The notes: generated by a model from the letters alone, not told the origin. Positions 20,065-31,400 are shown, counted from the stretch's first letter. The stretch: 64,000 nt of DNA from an uncultured Candidatus Binatia bacterium (GCA_965200965.1 OZ241744.1:1696001-1760000), one strand, 5' to 3'. Made by a program: numbers and translations.

Positions 20065-21897
20065 CTACTCCACCGTTACGCTTTTGGCCAGGTTGCGGGG
20101 CTGGTCAATGTCGGTACCGCGGGACAGGGCGATGTGATAGGCCAACAGTTGCAACGGAATCGTCAGCACGATCGGCATGAGCAGATGGGGCGCGCTCGGA
20201 ACCTTGACGACCTCCTCGGCGATATTGTCCAGTTCCGGCGACGGCGCGTCGGTCAGGGCGATAATCCGTCCGCCGCGCGCCTCAACTTCTTTCATGTTAC
20301 CGAGCGTCTTGGCGTAGACAGGGTCCTGAGGCAGCAGCACGACCACTGGCATCTGATCGTCAATCAGGGAGATCGGCCCGTGTTTCATCTCCCCGGCCGG
20401 ATAGCCCTCGGCGTGAATATACGAAATTTCTTTGAGCTTGAGCGCTCCTTCAAGCGCAATGGGATAGTTCACCCCGCGTCCCAGGTATAAGAAGTCGTCG
20501 GCGTGTCCATATTTTTTGGCGATTTTTTCAATCGCCGGCTGTGTGGTCAAGCTGTGGTGCAGGAGAGCCGGGAGGTTCACCATACTCTCGACGAGCCGGC
20601 GACCGCGTTCCGGACTGAGAACGCCACGGCGGCGGCCCAGATAGACTGCCAGCAGATACAAGGCGATCAACTGACTGGTAAAGGTCTTTGTTGCGGCAAC
20701 GCTGATCTCCGGTCCGGCGTGGGTATAGACAACCATGTCGGCCTTGCGCGGGATCGAGGCGTCAAGCACATTACAGATGGTGAGGGTCCTGGCTCCGGCG
20801 GCTCTGCCGCCGTCGAGCGCCGCTAAGGTGTCGGCCGTTTCGCCCGACTGTGACACGGTCAAGACCAGGGTGTCGGCGTCAAGGGGCGGGTTGCGGTAAC
20901 GGAACTCGCTGCCGTAATCCACCGTGGCCGGAATACGGCCCAGTTCCTCCAGGAAAAACTTGCCCAGCAAACAGGCGTGCCAGGCCGTACCACAGGCCAG
21001 CAGCGCGATGCGTTTGATCGAGTCCAGAACCTGGCCGTGACCCTCCAGTTCGCCCAGCCACACATGACCCTCCTCAGCCCGGAGGCGGCCGCGCATGGTG
21101 TCGATAATGGCCTGCGGCTGCTCGTGGATCTCTTTGAGTAGAAAGTGCTTATAGCCCTCTTTCTGGGCGGTCAGGGCGTCCCAGGTAACGTGCCGGGGGA
21201 GACGCTCAACCGGCTCGCCCTCACTATTGTAGAAGCGCACTCCTTCGCGGCTGACTGCGGCCATCTCCCCGTCGTCGAGGAAAGCGACTTGGCGGGTATA
21301 GTCCAGCAGGGCGGGAATATCGGAGGCGATGAAGTTTTCCCCCTCTCCAAGCCCGACCACAATGGGCGTCGCGTTTTTGGCCGTGACGATGGTATCGGGC
21401 TGGCTCTCGCACAAGGCCACAATGGCGAACGACCCGGTCAGCCGTTTGAGGGCGGCCCGGGTCGCCTCGGCAAAAGGCAGGCCGTCCTGGATATACTGGT
21501 CAATGAGGTGTGAGATCACCTCGGTATCGGTCTCTGAGCCAAAGCGCCGGCCCCGGGCCAGCAGTTCGTGGCGCAACTCCAGATAGTTTTCAATGATGCC
21601 GTTATGGATGACCACTACCTGTCCGGCGCGGTGAGGATGGGCGTTCTCCTCGGACGGGCGGCCGTGCGTGGCCCAGCGGGTATGTCCCAGCCCTACCGTG
21701 CCCCGGACCGGCTCGGCGCGGAGCACATCGGCAAGGTTCTCCAGCTTGCCGACCGACCGGCGCAGCGCGATCCCGCGGCCGTTGCCGGCTACCGCCACGC
21801 CGGCCGAATCATAGCCCCGGTAGGCCAGGCGTTGCAGCCCTCGGTATAATACCGGGGCGGCTTCACGATGGCCGACATAACCGATAATACCGCACAC
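20065..21897 (-). CDS. glmS: Glutamine-fructose-6-phosphate transaminase
   Basis: MCGIIG start, GHTRWATHG, SQSGETADT, C-terminal DQPRNLAKSVTVE. Confidence 0.98.
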   Translation of the reverse strand: MCGIIGYVGHREAAPVLYRGLQRLAYRGYDSAGVAVAGNGRGIALRRSVGKLENLADVLRAEPVRGTVGLGHTRWATHGRPSEENAHPHRAGQVVVIHNGIIENYLELRHELLARGRRFGSETDTEVISHLIDQYIQDGLPFAEATRAALKRLTGSFAIVALCESQPDTIVTAKNATPIVVGLGEGENFIASDIPALLDYTRQVAFLDDGEMAAVSREGVRFYNSEGEPVERLPRHVTWDALTAQKEGYKHFLLKEIHEQPQAIIDTMRGRLRAEEGHVWLGELEGHGQVLDSIKRIALLACGTAWHACLLGKFFLEELGRIPATVDYGSEFRYRNPPLDADTLVLTVSQSGETADTLAALDGGRAAGARTLTICNVLDASIPRKADMVVYTHAGPEISVAATKTFTSQLIALYLLAVYLGRRRGVLSPERGRRLVESMVNLPALLHHSLTTQPAIEKIAKKYGHADDFLYLGRGVNYPIALEGALKLKEISYIHAEGYPAGEMKHGPISLIDDQMPVVVLLPQDPVYAKTLGNMKEVEARGGRIIALTDAPSPELDNIAEEVVKVPSAPHLLMPIVLTIPLQLLAYHIALSRGTDIDQPRNLAKSVTVE

Positions 21898-21902
21898 GGC
21901 CC

Positions 21903-23321
21903 CTAATCCCCGGTTTTCCTGGCCTCCCTGGCCCGCTTTGCCGCGGTCCAGCCCTGGCGCGTCTGCTGTTGGCGGGGATTATACACCAGCGCGCCGGCCG
22001 GCACATCGTGGCGCACAGTGGTCGCCGTGGCAATATAGACATCATCGTCAACGGTAATCGGGGCCACCAGCGTGGTATCAGAGCCGACCTGAACCCGGTC
22101 GCCGATCCTGGTCCGATGCTTACGAAAGCCGTCATAGTTGCAGGTAATCGTTCCGGCCCCGATATTGGCATCTTGTCCGATCTCGGCATCCCCGATATAG
22201 GCCAGATGCTTGGCCTTGGTGTGGGCACCGATGACCGACTTTTTGACCTCAACAAAATTCCCCACCTCGGCCCCGGGGGCAAGCGCAGCCTGGCTGCGCA
22301 GGTGACAAAAAGGCCCGGCCGAGCTGCCGTCGGCCAGCTGGCTGTCGGACAGGACGACCGAAAACAGGATATGCACATCGTCGCCAATCCGGCAATTTTC
22401 AATATACGCGCTGCCGTCGATCCGGCAGCGGGCTCCGATCCGGGTGTGGCCCCTGAGGTGGGTGTTGGGCCCAATGACCGTGTCCCGGCCAATTATCACG
22501 TCTTCGTCAAAGTAGACCGTCTGAGGGTCTTCCAGGGTTACCCCGTGGGCCATCCACTTCTTGCGCAGCTGGTTTTGTTTTGCCTGTTCCATGATGGCCA
22601 AATCCTCCTGGGAATTAATCCCGCCAAGCTCCTCGCTCTCCTCTGTCAGCACCGCCTGGGCCGGCCGTCCAGCCCGGACGGCCCGCTCCACAATATCCGT
22701 CAGATAGTATTCAGCCTGCGCATTGTCGGGTCGCAGGGCACGGAGCGCGGGAAATAAAAACCCGGCCTCCACACAATAGATACCCGAGTTGATTTCATCC
22801 ACCGCTCTCTCAGCCGTGGACGCGTCTCGGGCTTCGACAATTCTCTTCGGTCGGCCATCCCCAGCGCGAATCACCCGACCGTAGTCAGCCGGGTCAGGCA
22901 GGCGCATAGTCAGGACCGACACAGTCGCCCGCGCCGCCCGGTGGCCTTGCACAAAGCCGGCCAAGGTCGCCGTTGTCAGCAGCGGCGTGTCGCCGCACAC
23001 AATCAAGACCTGCCCCTGCCAGTCGGCAAACGCCGGCTGGGCGGCCAACACCGCATCGCCAGTGCCGCGCTGCCGGCGCTGGATGGCAAACCGAATACCC
23101 GCCCCGCCACACGCCCGCCGGACCGCCTCGGCCTGGTGGCCGACCACAACGACGAGGCGCTCGGGCCGCAAGCGCTGGGCGGCCTGAATGATATGAGACA
23201 CCAGGGGTTTACCCGCCACACGGTGTAAGACCTTGGCCCGCTCAGAGCGCATCCGCTTGCCAAGACCGGCGGCGAGAATGACAATGCCGAGCTGACTACC
23301 CTGAGCGATATTCCACCCCAC
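21903..23321 (-). CDS. glmU: Bifunctional UDP-GlcNAc pyrophosphorylase/acetyltransferase (start approximate)
   Basis: ILAAGLGKRM, GTGDAV, EYYLTD, GNFVEVK, GAGTITCNYDG; directly upstream of glmS. Confidence 0.96.
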   Translation of the reverse strand: MGWNIAQGSQLGIVILAAGLGKRMRSERAKVLHRVAGKPLVSHIIQAAQRLRPERLVVVVGHQAEAVRRACGGAGIRFAIQRRQRGTGDAVLAAQPAFADWQGQVLIVCGDTPLLTTATLAGFVQGHRAARATVSVLTMRLPDPADYGRVIRAGDGRPKRIVEARDASTAERAVDEINSGIYCVEAGFLFPALRALRPDNAQAEYYLTDIVERAVRAGRPAQAVLTEESEELGGINSQEDLAIMEQAKQNQLRKKWMAHGVTLEDPQTVYFDEDVIIGRDTVIGPNTHLRGHTRIGARCRIDGSAYIENCRIGDDVHILFSVVLSDSQLADGSSAGPFCHLRSQAALAPGAEVGNFVEVKKSVIGAHTKAKHLAYIGDAEIGQDANIGAGTITCNYDGFRKHRTRIGDRVQVGSDTTLVAPITVDDDVYIATATTVRHDVPAGALVYNPRQQQTRQGWTAAKRAREARKTGD

Positions 23322-23376
23322 CCGCGAGAGACCTTCGGCAAGAGGTTCCCCACCCCCTTCCCGTGTGCCCGGAGCC

Positions 23377-24498
23377 TCACGACCCCTTTGCTTCCGTCTG
23401 CGGCTGTCTCGACGGCAGGCTGCTGAACCAGGGCAACACCAGGGTGTCGTTAATGGAGTAGGTGTAAGCGTGCCCCCAGTCGGGCAACTCCTCATACTTC
23501 ACCTTGGTGAACTCGCTCTTCTGCAACAGGTCATAGGCCATCCGCGCGGTGGCAACCGGAAACATGAAATCTCTGCCGCCGTGGACAATATAAATGGGCA
23601 GGTCTCTGGCCTTGTCCAGATCAAACATACCGACGATCATCCCAGCCGCGGCAATCGGCGCAACCCCGGCAAACAGCTTGGGACAGCTCAGTCCAATCGC
23701 ATAGCTGAACGACCCGCCGTCAGACAGGCCGGTGGCAAACAGCCGGCCGATATCAATACTGTATTCGTTGAGCAGAGTCTCGACCATTGACAAAACAGAG
23801 CGGATATCAACGCCCGGCCGCTGGAGCGACCACGTCCCGCCCAGCGATTTTGGCGACAGCAGAATATAGCCGGCGCTCTTGGCCGCCCGCAGCCAGGTCA
23901 GCAGGTAGTCATCCCCACGGCCATGCCCACCGTGCAGCGTCATCACCAAGGGCCAGGACCGGCTCGGAGCGTAGTATTCGGGCACATACAGCGAATATTC
24001 AGCGTGCTTGTCGGTGCTCGGCCGGTGGATGACCCCGGTCTGTGCCGCGACGCCCGCGACCGGCCCCTCCAGCTCATCCCAGCGGGACAGCGCTTCGGGC
24101 AACACCCAGTATTCCCGCAGCGCTGGCAGATCGGCGCGTATATCGTACAGGACGTATTTGCCGAGTGAGAAGGCCCGGCGGCTTTGCATATAGGCAACAA
24201 TGAAGTTGGCCTCAGAGCCGGTCAAAAAAGAGGTGTAGGCGTCCTCTAAGTGCTCCAGAGCTTCCAGCCATTTCTTGTGAAACGCTTCACGCCCACTCGG
24301 CACTTCCAGGCCTTCGAGGGCGGCGTTCAAGGGAGGGAAAATATCGCCACCAGCGCGGTCAAATATGTCTTGCCTGGCCTGCTTGATCTGGCCGAGGTGC
24401 ATGTGCTCCTGCAACCACTCGAACGCCCTGAGGAAGACCAGGACCTTTTCCTGCTGACCGCTGATTACGGCCCGATAGTGTTCTTCCGAGATTGCCAT
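23377..24498 (-). CDS. Phospholipase/carboxylesterase-like alpha/beta hydrolase
   Basis: LHGGHG, GLSDGG nucleophile motif, HGGRD, GH; start MAISEEH at 24498 after a GGAGG site. Confidence 0.8.
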   Translation of the reverse strand: MAISEEHYRAVISGQQEKVLVFLRAFEWLQEHMHLGQIKQARQDIFDRAGGDIFPPLNAALEGLEVPSGREAFHKKWLEALEHLEDAYTSFLTGSEANFIVAYMQSRRAFSLGKYVLYDIRADLPALREYWVLPEALSRWDELEGPVAGVAAQTGVIHRPSTDKHAEYSLYVPEYYAPSRSWPLVMTLHGGHGRGDDYLLTWLRAAKSAGYILLSPKSLGGTWSLQRPGVDIRSVLSMVETLLNEYSIDIGRLFATGLSDGGSFSYAIGLSCPKLFAGVAPIAAAGMIVGMFDLDKARDLPIYIVHGGRDFMFPVATARMAYDLLQKSEFTKVKYEELPDWGHAYTYSINDTLVLPWFSSLPSRQPQTEAKGS

Positions 24499-24581
24499 AC
24501 GGCCCTCCTTGTGTGCGGCAAGGCTAGCCCCCCCTCCGGACAGTTGCAAGAGGCACACCCATATGCCAAGGTAGCCGCGCC

Positions 24582-25973
24582 ATGAAGACCGCCCGTGAAC
24601 TCCTGCGCCGGCTGCCGGCGGTTGAAAAGGTGTTGTCATCTCCCACCCTGCGCCGGCTGCTCCAAGACCATCAGCACGGCTATATCACACACGGCGTCCG
24701 CAGCGTACTGGACGAGCTGCGCCGGGACATTCTGGCCGGTTCGCTGACCGGGGAAATAACACCGTCGGCTATCGCCGAGCGGGTTGAGCAACGGCTGGCC
24801 AGGGCCGGACGATCGCCCTTACGGTCGGTTATTAATGCTACTGGTACCGTCCTCCACACCAATCTCGGCCGCGCCTTGCTGGCAAAATCCGCGGTGGACG
24901 AAGTCATCCGGGCGGCAACTACCCCGGTGACCCTCGAGTACGACCTGACGGCTGCCGGACGCGGAGACCGTGACACCCTCGTCGAGGCCGACCTGTTGGC
25001 GCTGACCGGCGCTGAGGCCGCAACCGTGGTCAACAACAACGCGGCGGCTGTTCTGCTGGCCCTGAATTCTGCGGCCGAAGGCCAAGAGGGCATTGTCTCG
25101 CGGGGAGAGCTGATCGAGATTGGTGGCGCGTTCCGGATTCCTGATGTCATGCGCAAAAGCGGGGTCGTACTGCGTGAGGTCGGCACCACCAACCGCACCC
25201 ACGCCCATGACTATGCCGAGGCAATAGGCCCAGAGACCGGCGTCCTGCTGAAAGTCCATCCGAGTAATTATCGGATCATCGGCTTCAGCAGTGAGGTCGC
25301 CCTGGACGAACTCGTCACCCTCGGACACGCCCATCAGATTCCGGTCATGGAAGATCTAGGTGCCGGGGCACTCATTGACCTGTCGCAATACGGCCTGCCA
25401 AAAGAACCGATCGTGTCTGAGCGGGTAGCAACGGGCGCAGATATTGTCACCTTCAGCGGCGACAAACTGCTAGGCGGACCGCAGGCCGGGTTGATTGTCG
25501 GCCGCCAGGAATGGATTGCCCGCATAAAGAAAAATCCGCTGAGACGCGCCTTACGGCCCGATAAGCTGACCCTGGCTGCTCTTGGGGCAACCCTGCGGCT
25601 GTACCGTCAGTCGCCGTGTCTGAGCACCGAGATTCCAACCCTGCGCTGGCTCACCCGGCCTGTAGAAGAGTTGGACACGCTGGCCGCCCGGACCCTTCCA
25701 CTCTTGCGCCAGCGGCTCGGCCAGGGCTTCAGCATCACGCTTGAAGACACCGAGGCCCAGATCGGCAGCGGAGCCTTGCCCGAGGCAAGCCTGCCCAGCC
25801 GGGTCATTGTCATTCGTCATGCCCGGCTCTCTGCCGCTCATATTGCGGCGCAATTCCGCGCCGCGGCCACGCCTATCCTGGGTCGGATTCGGGACGGGGC
25901 GTTTGTGCTGGATTTACGCGGGATATTTCAACCCCAGGAATTGATTCCCGCCGCCTCAGAACGGGCCGATTGA
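24582..25973 (+). CDS. selA: L-seryl-tRNA(Sec) selenium transferase
   Basis: VINATGTVLHTNLGRA, VVNNNAAA, EVGTTNRT, FSGDKLLGGPQAG. Confidence 0.97.
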   Translation: MKTARELLRRLPAVEKVLSSPTLRRLLQDHQHGYITHGVRSVLDELRRDILAGSLTGEITPSAIAERVEQRLARAGRSPLRSVINATGTVLHTNLGRALLAKSAVDEVIRAATTPVTLEYDLTAAGRGDRDTLVEADLLALTGAEAATVVNNNAAAVLLALNSAAEGQEGIVSRGELIEIGGAFRIPDVMRKSGVVLREVGTTNRTHAHDYAEAIGPETGVLLKVHPSNYRIIGFSSEVALDELVTLGHAHQIPVMEDLGAGALIDLSQYGLPKEPIVSERVATGADIVTFSGDKLLGGPQAGLIVGRQEWIARIKKNPLRRALRPDKLTLAALGATLRLYRQSPCLSTEIPTLRWLTRPVEELDTLAARTLPLLRQRLGQGFSITLEDTEAQIGSGALPEASLPSRVIVIRHARLSAAHIAAQFRAAATPILGRIRDGAFVLDLRGIFQPQELIPAASERAD

Positions 25974-25980
25974 ATACGAC

Positions 25981-26075
25981 TGGCGGAGAAGGGATGGAGT
26001 CGAACCATCCGCGCAACTTACGCCACGCAACTCGGTTTTGAAGACCGGTGCGGCCACCGGGCCACATCCTTCTCC
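25981..26075 (-). tRNA. selC: tRNA-Sec (TCA)
   Basis: Minus strand reads GGAGAAGG...GGTCTTCAAAACC...long variable arm...GGTTCGACTCC...CCTTCTCCGCCA: 8-bp acceptor stem, UCA anticodon, CCA end; convergent with selA. Confidence 0.96.
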
Positions 26076-26180
26076 ACAGGGCGAAATTAGCGGGCTTTTT
26101 GTTCCACGGGAAGAGGGGACGGCTTTCAAGATTGACAGACCGGCGAGAACATTCTACACGGGGCAACAGAAAGGAGCAGC

Positions 26181-26413
26181 CTGGCTCACCAGACAAATCT
26201 GCACAGAGAGATGGACAAGCTGGCCAGCCTGGAAAAGAACGACAGAGGATTGGCCAGCAGACCGGCTCTCTCGCTCAACTCGTCGTGCTCGCCAAGCGGG
26301 ACTCCCAGGCAATGGTGCGCGACCTGGGCCACATCCTCCTGGAAGTCAAAAAATCCTCCGCACGCACAGAACAACGGGCAGCAGAGATACTGTCTGAAAC
26401 CCGAAGGCACTAA
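26181..26413 (+). pseudogene. Possible decayed small coiled-coil protein gene
   Basis: AAGGAG site followed by helical-looking peptide in two frames (..MDKLASLEK / ERQRIGQQTGSLAQL..EILSETRRH*). Confidence 0.3.
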
Positions 26414-26604
26414 CAGGAGGGTACATCGTGGATATCCTGCTCGTGCCGTTGATGATCTGCTGAGGAGTATGTGAACTCCCTCTACAGCCGGCCATGAATA
26501 AAAAGCCACGCCGGCCGGTACGAAAGCGCCTGGACCTTGACCAGCCGGCCCTATCCTGATTTCCAACCGGGGAGGCTCTGAGCAGCTCAAAGGAGTTGGA
26601 AGCG

Positions 26605-27975
26605 ATGCCGAGTACCAAGCCCCCGAGCGGGATGCGTGATTATCTGCCCGAAGCGGTGGCCAAACGCCGCCATGTGGTGGCGACGATAGAGCGCGTTTTC
26701 CAGCGTCACGGCTTCCTGCCGGTAGAAACGCCGGCAATTGAAAACCTCTCTACCCTGCTTGGCAAATATGGCGAAGAGGGCGACCAGCTGCTCTACCGTC
26801 TGCTGCACCGGGGTGACAAGCTGAGCCGCGCCCTGGCTGAACCCCCGGTCGAGATGGGCGACCTGGCCGAGCTGGGCTTGCGCTATGACCTGACCGTCCC
26901 GCTGGCCCGCGTGGTGGCCTGCTACGGCCAGCAACTGCCGCGCTTTTTCAAACGCTACCAGATTCAGCCGGTGTGGCGCGCCGACCGGCCGGCCAAGGGC
27001 CGCTTTCGGGAGTTTTACCAGTGTGATGTCGATATGATCGGCACCAGCTCACTGCTGGCCGAGGTCGAGGTCATCAACGCCATCTGCGGCGCGCTGCTGG
27101 CCCTCGGCTTTTCGGGCTTTGGGGTGGCGCTCAACCACCGGGCGGTGTTACGCGGTCTGATAGCAGCGGCCAACATTGATCCGACCCTCGAAGGCTCGGC
27201 CCTGATTGCCCTCGATAAACTGGATAAAATCGGCCCCCCTGGGGTCCGGCAGGAATTGGTCCAACGCGGCATGAACGAACAGGCGGCCGAGCGTTTACTG
27301 GCGCTGACCACCATGACTGAGGACAGGGGCAACACCCGCCTCCTCCACGAGTTGCGTGCCGCGCTCAGCCTGCCCGAGGCCCAGCGGGCGCTCGCTGAGC
27401 TGGACACCCTTTTCAGGCTCAGCGCTGACACCCCGGCCGGCCCGCTGCTGCGCCTCACCCCGGCCCTGGCCCGGGGTCTCAGCTATTACACCGGACCCAT
27501 CTTCGAGATCATCTCGCAGGATTGCAGCGGTTCGCTCGGCGGTGGTGGCCGCTACGATAACCTGGTCGGCATGTTCAGCGGCAAGCAGGTGCCGGCCGTC
27601 GGCTTCTCGCTGGGCTTGGAGCGGATTCTGTTGCTGATGGAAGAACGCCACATATTCCCCGACCTGCGGCTGCGTGCCGAGGTCATGGTGTGTCCCTTGC
27701 CCGACACACCGCTCGTCGCCGTGGCTGGCCTGGCGGCCCGGCTGCGCCAAGCCGGTATTACCGTCGAGTTGTACCCAGAACCGGCAAAACTCGGCCGCCA
27801 ACTGTCCACGGCCAGTCGTTTACACATCCCCTACGCCCTGATCATTGGGCCGGACGAGCTGGCCCGGCAGACCTATAGCCTCAAAAATCTGGCCACCGGA
27901 CAACAGAACAGTCTGGATGAAGCCGGCCTGATTGAAACCCTGGGGCGGACAGGAAACGGTGAGCAATGCGCGTAA
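26605..27975 (+). CDS. hisS: Histidine-tRNA ligase
   Basis: GMRDYLP, LRYDLTVPLAR, RADRPAKGRFREFYQCD, RGLSYYTG, GGGRYDNL. Confidence 0.97.
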   Translation: MPSTKPPSGMRDYLPEAVAKRRHVVATIERVFQRHGFLPVETPAIENLSTLLGKYGEEGDQLLYRLLHRGDKLSRALAEPPVEMGDLAELGLRYDLTVPLARVVACYGQQLPRFFKRYQIQPVWRADRPAKGRFREFYQCDVDMIGTSSLLAEVEVINAICGALLALGFSGFGVALNHRAVLRGLIAAANIDPTLEGSALIALDKLDKIGPPGVRQELVQRGMNEQAAERLLALTTMTEDRGNTRLLHELRAALSLPEAQRALAELDTLFRLSADTPAGPLLRLTPALARGLSYYTGPIFEIISQDCSGSLGGGGRYDNLVGMFSGKQVPAVGFSLGLERILLLMEERHIFPDLRLRAEVMVCPLPDTPLVAVAGLAARLRQAGITVELYPEPAKLGRQLSTASRLHIPYALIIGPDELARQTYSLKNLATGQQNSLDEAGLIETLGRTGNGEQCA

Positions 27976-28700
27976 CAGTTCTTGGCGCGGGCGACGCCTT
28001 CAGCAGCGGCGGTCAGCGCCAGAGTGGCTATCTGATTGAGACCAACAGCGCCACTTTTCTGCTCGACTGCGGCACAACAACGCTGCTGGCGCTGAAAACA
28101 CTCCAGATTCCGGCCGAGCGGATCGACTTTGTGGCCATCAGCCACATGCACGGGGATCACTTTGGCGGTCTCCCCTTCCTGTTCCTCGAATACCTCCACG
28201 AGCAGCCGCGTACCCGTCCGCTGTATATCGCCGGGCCGCCGGGCATACAGGACCGCGTCCTGGCTCTCCACCGGGTCATGTATGGCGAGTTGTCCACCCG
28301 CGCCCCGTCCTTTGAACTGACATTTCACCAGCTTCCGCCGGGCCGACCGGCCTGTATTTGCGGGGTCAAACTCCTGCCTTTCCGCGTGCCGCACCAGCAG
28401 GACGATATTTCTCTGGGCTACCGCGTGACAGTTGACGGAAAATCCCTCCTGTACTCCGGTGACTGTGGCTGGAACGAAGCCCTGGCCCGCTATGCACACG
28501 GCACAGACCTGTTCATCTGCGAGTGCTGCTATTTTCAGACCCGGACCTCGTATCACATCAGCTATCCACAGCTCGCCGAACAGGCCCCCCGCCTGGCCTG
28601 CAAACGCCTGCTGCTCAGCCATCTTGGCCGTGAGGTCCTGGAATGTCTGCCACAGCTCAGGCTGGAGTGGGCAACCGATGGCCTCGTCGTCGAGGTCTAG
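27966..28700 (+). CDS. MBL-fold metallo-hydrolase (RNase Z/BN-like)
   Basis: TVLGAG, LLDCG, SHMHGDH, YSGD motifs. Confidence 0.88.
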   Translation: MRVTVLGAGDAFSSGGQRQSGYLIETNSATFLLDCGTTTLLALKTLQIPAERIDFVAISHMHGDHFGGLPFLFLEYLHEQPRTRPLYIAGPPGIQDRVLALHRVMYGELSTRAPSFELTFHQLPPGRPACICGVKLLPFRVPHQQDDISLGYRVTVDGKSLLYSGDCGWNEALARYAHGTDLFICECCYFQTRTSYHISYPQLAEQAPRLACKRLLLSHLGREVLECLPQLRLEWATDGLVVEV

Positions 28701-28704
28701 CCGC

Positions 28705-29925
28705 TCAGCCGTTCATGAACAGTCGCCCGGAGGCCGTCCACAACTGAAGCAGCCCGAGGGCCGACACTGCCAGGACGACCAGCGTGCCCAAGATATTCGC
28801 CACCCATCCGTTTGTGTCTTCCCCCAACAACTGTGAGCGGTTCATGACGAGCAGCAGGAAGACCGCCATGAGCGGCAGCAACGCCCCGTTCACCGCCTGA
28901 GCCACAACGATAGCGGTCACAGGCCGTTGCCCAAAGGCGGCCAGCGCTGTCCCGATCAGGGTAACGGCTCCCCACACCGCACAACACCGCCAGCCACGCA
29001 TCTCCTGCCTCCAGCCAAGAACGCCGGCGGTTGCATAGGCCGCGGCCAGCGGGGCGGTGATGGCACTGGTAAGGCCGGCGCACAACAGGCCGGCGGCAAA
29101 AAAAGACTGGGCGGTCGAGCCGAGCAGCGGTTCAAGCTGACTGGCCAGCATCCCGGCGGTGTCGGGCAAGTTGCCCCGCCCAAAAAACGCGCCCGCCGCA
29201 GTTGAGACAATGGCCAGCGTAATCATACCCCCAAGAGACACCGACACCCAGCTGTCACGCCGAGCGATCGTGACAGCCTGGTGCTTGGGCAGTCTGTCGG
29301 CCCAGCGTTCGCGGACCGCGTTGGCGTGCAAGAACAGGTTGTAGGGCACAACCGTCGTGCCAATCAGGGCCATAATCAGCACCGCAGAATCCGGGGGGAA
29401 ACGCGGCCACAGCCCACCCCCCAGAACCTCTCCAAGCGAGGGACGAGCCACCACCGCAGTCAGGACAAAGACCAGACTCATGCTCAGCACCAGGACGAGC
29501 AGACACCGTTCAAGCCCCCGGTAGGTGCCCAAGGCCAACAGGACCGCCACACCAAGCCCGATTACCACCGCCCAGACCTGGGCGGGCAGGCCGGTCAGGG
29601 CTGCCAGCCCCACCGCGGCCCCGGTGATATTGCCGGTTTCAAAAGCCGCATTCCCACCACCGATGCCAACCACAACGAGGGCACACACCGGCAGCCGGAG
29701 ACGTGACCCACGAAAGACCGCTCGCAGCGCTTCGCCAAGTCCCTGGCGGCTGACGATCCCAAGCCGGGCGGCCATGTCCTGGAGGACAATGCTTGCCAGG
29801 ACGGAAAAGACCAGCACCCAGACCAGGCGGTGTCCAAAGCGCGCGCCGACCAAGCTGGCCGTTGTCACCGTCCCCGGACCGATAAAGGCGGCAACAACCA
29901 GAAAACCCGGGCCAAAGTGCTTCAC
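28705..29925 (-). CDS. Nramp-like divalent metal transporter
   Basis: GPGFLVVAAFIGPGTVTT, IGTTVVPYNLFLH; multiple transmembrane helices. Confidence 0.88.
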   Translation of the reverse strand: MKHFGPGFLVVAAFIGPGTVTTASLVGARFGHRLVWVLVFSVLASIVLQDMAARLGIVSRQGLGEALRAVFRGSRLRLPVCALVVVGIGGGNAAFETGNITGAAVGLAALTGLPAQVWAVVIGLGVAVLLALGTYRGLERCLLVLVLSMSLVFVLTAVVARPSLGEVLGGGLWPRFPPDSAVLIMALIGTTVVPYNLFLHANAVRERWADRLPKHQAVTIARRDSWVSVSLGGMITLAIVSTAAGAFFGRGNLPDTAGMLASQLEPLLGSTAQSFFAAGLLCAGLTSAITAPLAAAYATAGVLGWRQEMRGWRCCAVWGAVTLIGTALAAFGQRPVTAIVVAQAVNGALLPLMAVFLLLVMNRSQLLGEDTNGWVANILGTLVVLAVSALGLLQLWTASGRLFMNG

Positions 29926-30125
29926 GCCTCACCCCCGCCAGCCAGCCACATCTTTTCCGGCTCGGCAGTCATTTTCTTCATGACCAGAATATGACCTGTT
30001 TCTTCTCATGAAGAAAGCGACAGACCACTGGGTCCGGGCGGTGTCTCGTCTTGCCCCCTCTTCCTGCGCCATAGTATACAGTCAGCTTCCGGGTTCACAG
30101 TCGTACACAAAGGAGGGGGCACACG

Positions 30126-31400
30126 ATGGCGCGACCGGTTCGCTATAATATGATTGGGTTGCTGTTCTGTAGCTCGGTCGTCAATTACATCGATCGGGTC
30201 AATATCTCGGTCGCTGCCCCGGTCATCATGGCCGCTACCGCTTGGGATACAGACCGCTTCGGGCTGGTCTTTTCGGCCTTTCTGGTCGGCTATGCGCTGT
30301 TGCAGATTCCGGGCGGCCTGGTAGCCGACCGCTGGAGCGCCCGCAAGGTGCTGGCGGCAGCCTTCTGCGGCTTTTCGCTGTTCACCGCCCTGACCCCGCT
30401 GGGCCAGTTGGGCTTTGGGCTGTTTATCGCCATGCGTTTTCTGGTCGGCGCGTTTGAGTCCATGACCTTTCCGGCCCTGACCTCGCTCAACTCGCGCTGG
30501 ATTCCACGCACAGAGTTCGGCCGGGCGCAAACGATCAGCATCTCGGGCATCACCGTCGGCCAGATGATCGCCTACCCGCTGACCACCTGGATTGTTGTCC
30601 GGTTCAGCTGGCCGAGCGTCTTTTATTTCAACGCCCTGCTCGGTTTTGTGTGGGCCGCGGCCTGGCTGTGGTATGCGACCGACACCCCGCGCCAGCACCC
30701 GCGCATCAGCCATGCAGAGCGGGACTATATTGAGTCCAACCTGTCGCCCAAGCCGAGCGCCCCGCTGCCCATCAGCGCCCTCTTCAGCAGCCTGCCCCTG
30801 CTGACCGTGTGCCTCAGCTATATGGGCTATGCCTACATCGGCTGGATGTTTCTGTTCTGGTTTCCGACCTATCTGGTCGAAGGCCGGGCCATGTCGCTGG
30901 AAACAATGGGCCTCCTGGGTGTCCTCCTGCACGGGGCCGGCTTTGTCGGGATTCTGGGCGGCGGCGTGGTATCGGACTGGCTGCTGCGCAAAGGCTGGAG
31001 CGCCCAATTCGCCCGGGCCCGGCTGGCCGGCTTTGGGGTTGGCCTGTCCCTGCCCTTTCTGCTCACGGCATCGTTGGTGCCCTCAACCACCCTGAGCGTC
31101 CTGTGCCTCGTGAGCTTTTACTTCTTTTTCGCCAGCGCAGTCGCCGGCTATACGACCGTGTCGATTGAGTTCAACCCCCATTTTGCCGGGGCGATCTTTG
31201 GCATGATTAACTGTCTGGGCAGTTTCGCCGGCATCTTCGGCCCGATGACCGCCGGCTTCATGCTGGCCGGGGGCGGCAGCTGGACCCTGCCGTTTTTTGT
31301 CGCCACCGGGGTCGGCGTCGTATGCACGGCCATCCTGCTCATCGTCCCGATCCGCCCCATCGCCTTCCCCGGCCTCACCGCAACAGCATCGCGTGTTTGA
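30126..31400 (+). CDS. MFS transporter (anion:cation symporter type)
   Basis: [29 protein letters not shown]; about 12 transmembrane helices. Confidence 0.92.
   Translation: MARPVRYNMIGLLFCSSVVNYIDRVNISVAAPVIMAATAWDTDRFGLVFSAFLVGYALLQIPGGLVADRWSARKVLAAAFCGFSLFTALTPLGQLGFGLFIAMRFLVGAFESMTFPALTSLNSRWIPRTEFGRAQTISISGITVGQMIAYPLTTWIVVRFSWPSVFYFNALLGFVWAAAWLWYATDTPRQHPRISHAERDYIESNLSPKPSAPLPISALFSSLPLLTVCLSYMGYAYIGWMFLFWFPTYLVEGRAMSLETMGLLGVLLHGAGFVGILGGGVVSDWLLRKGWSAQFARARLAGFGVGLSLPFLLTASLVPSTTLSVLCLVSFYFFFASAVAGYTTVSIEFNPHFAGAIFGMINCLGSFAGIFGPMTAGFMLAGGGSWTLPFFVATGVGVVCTAILLIVPIRPIAFPGLTATASRV

Noticed and set aside
25981-26075. tRNA-Sec as an island integration site, and in-frame UGA selenoprotein genes nearby
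   Set aside because: The tRNA 3' end abuts selA with no integrase or duplicated att site, and I found no convincing UGA read-through gene in the window.
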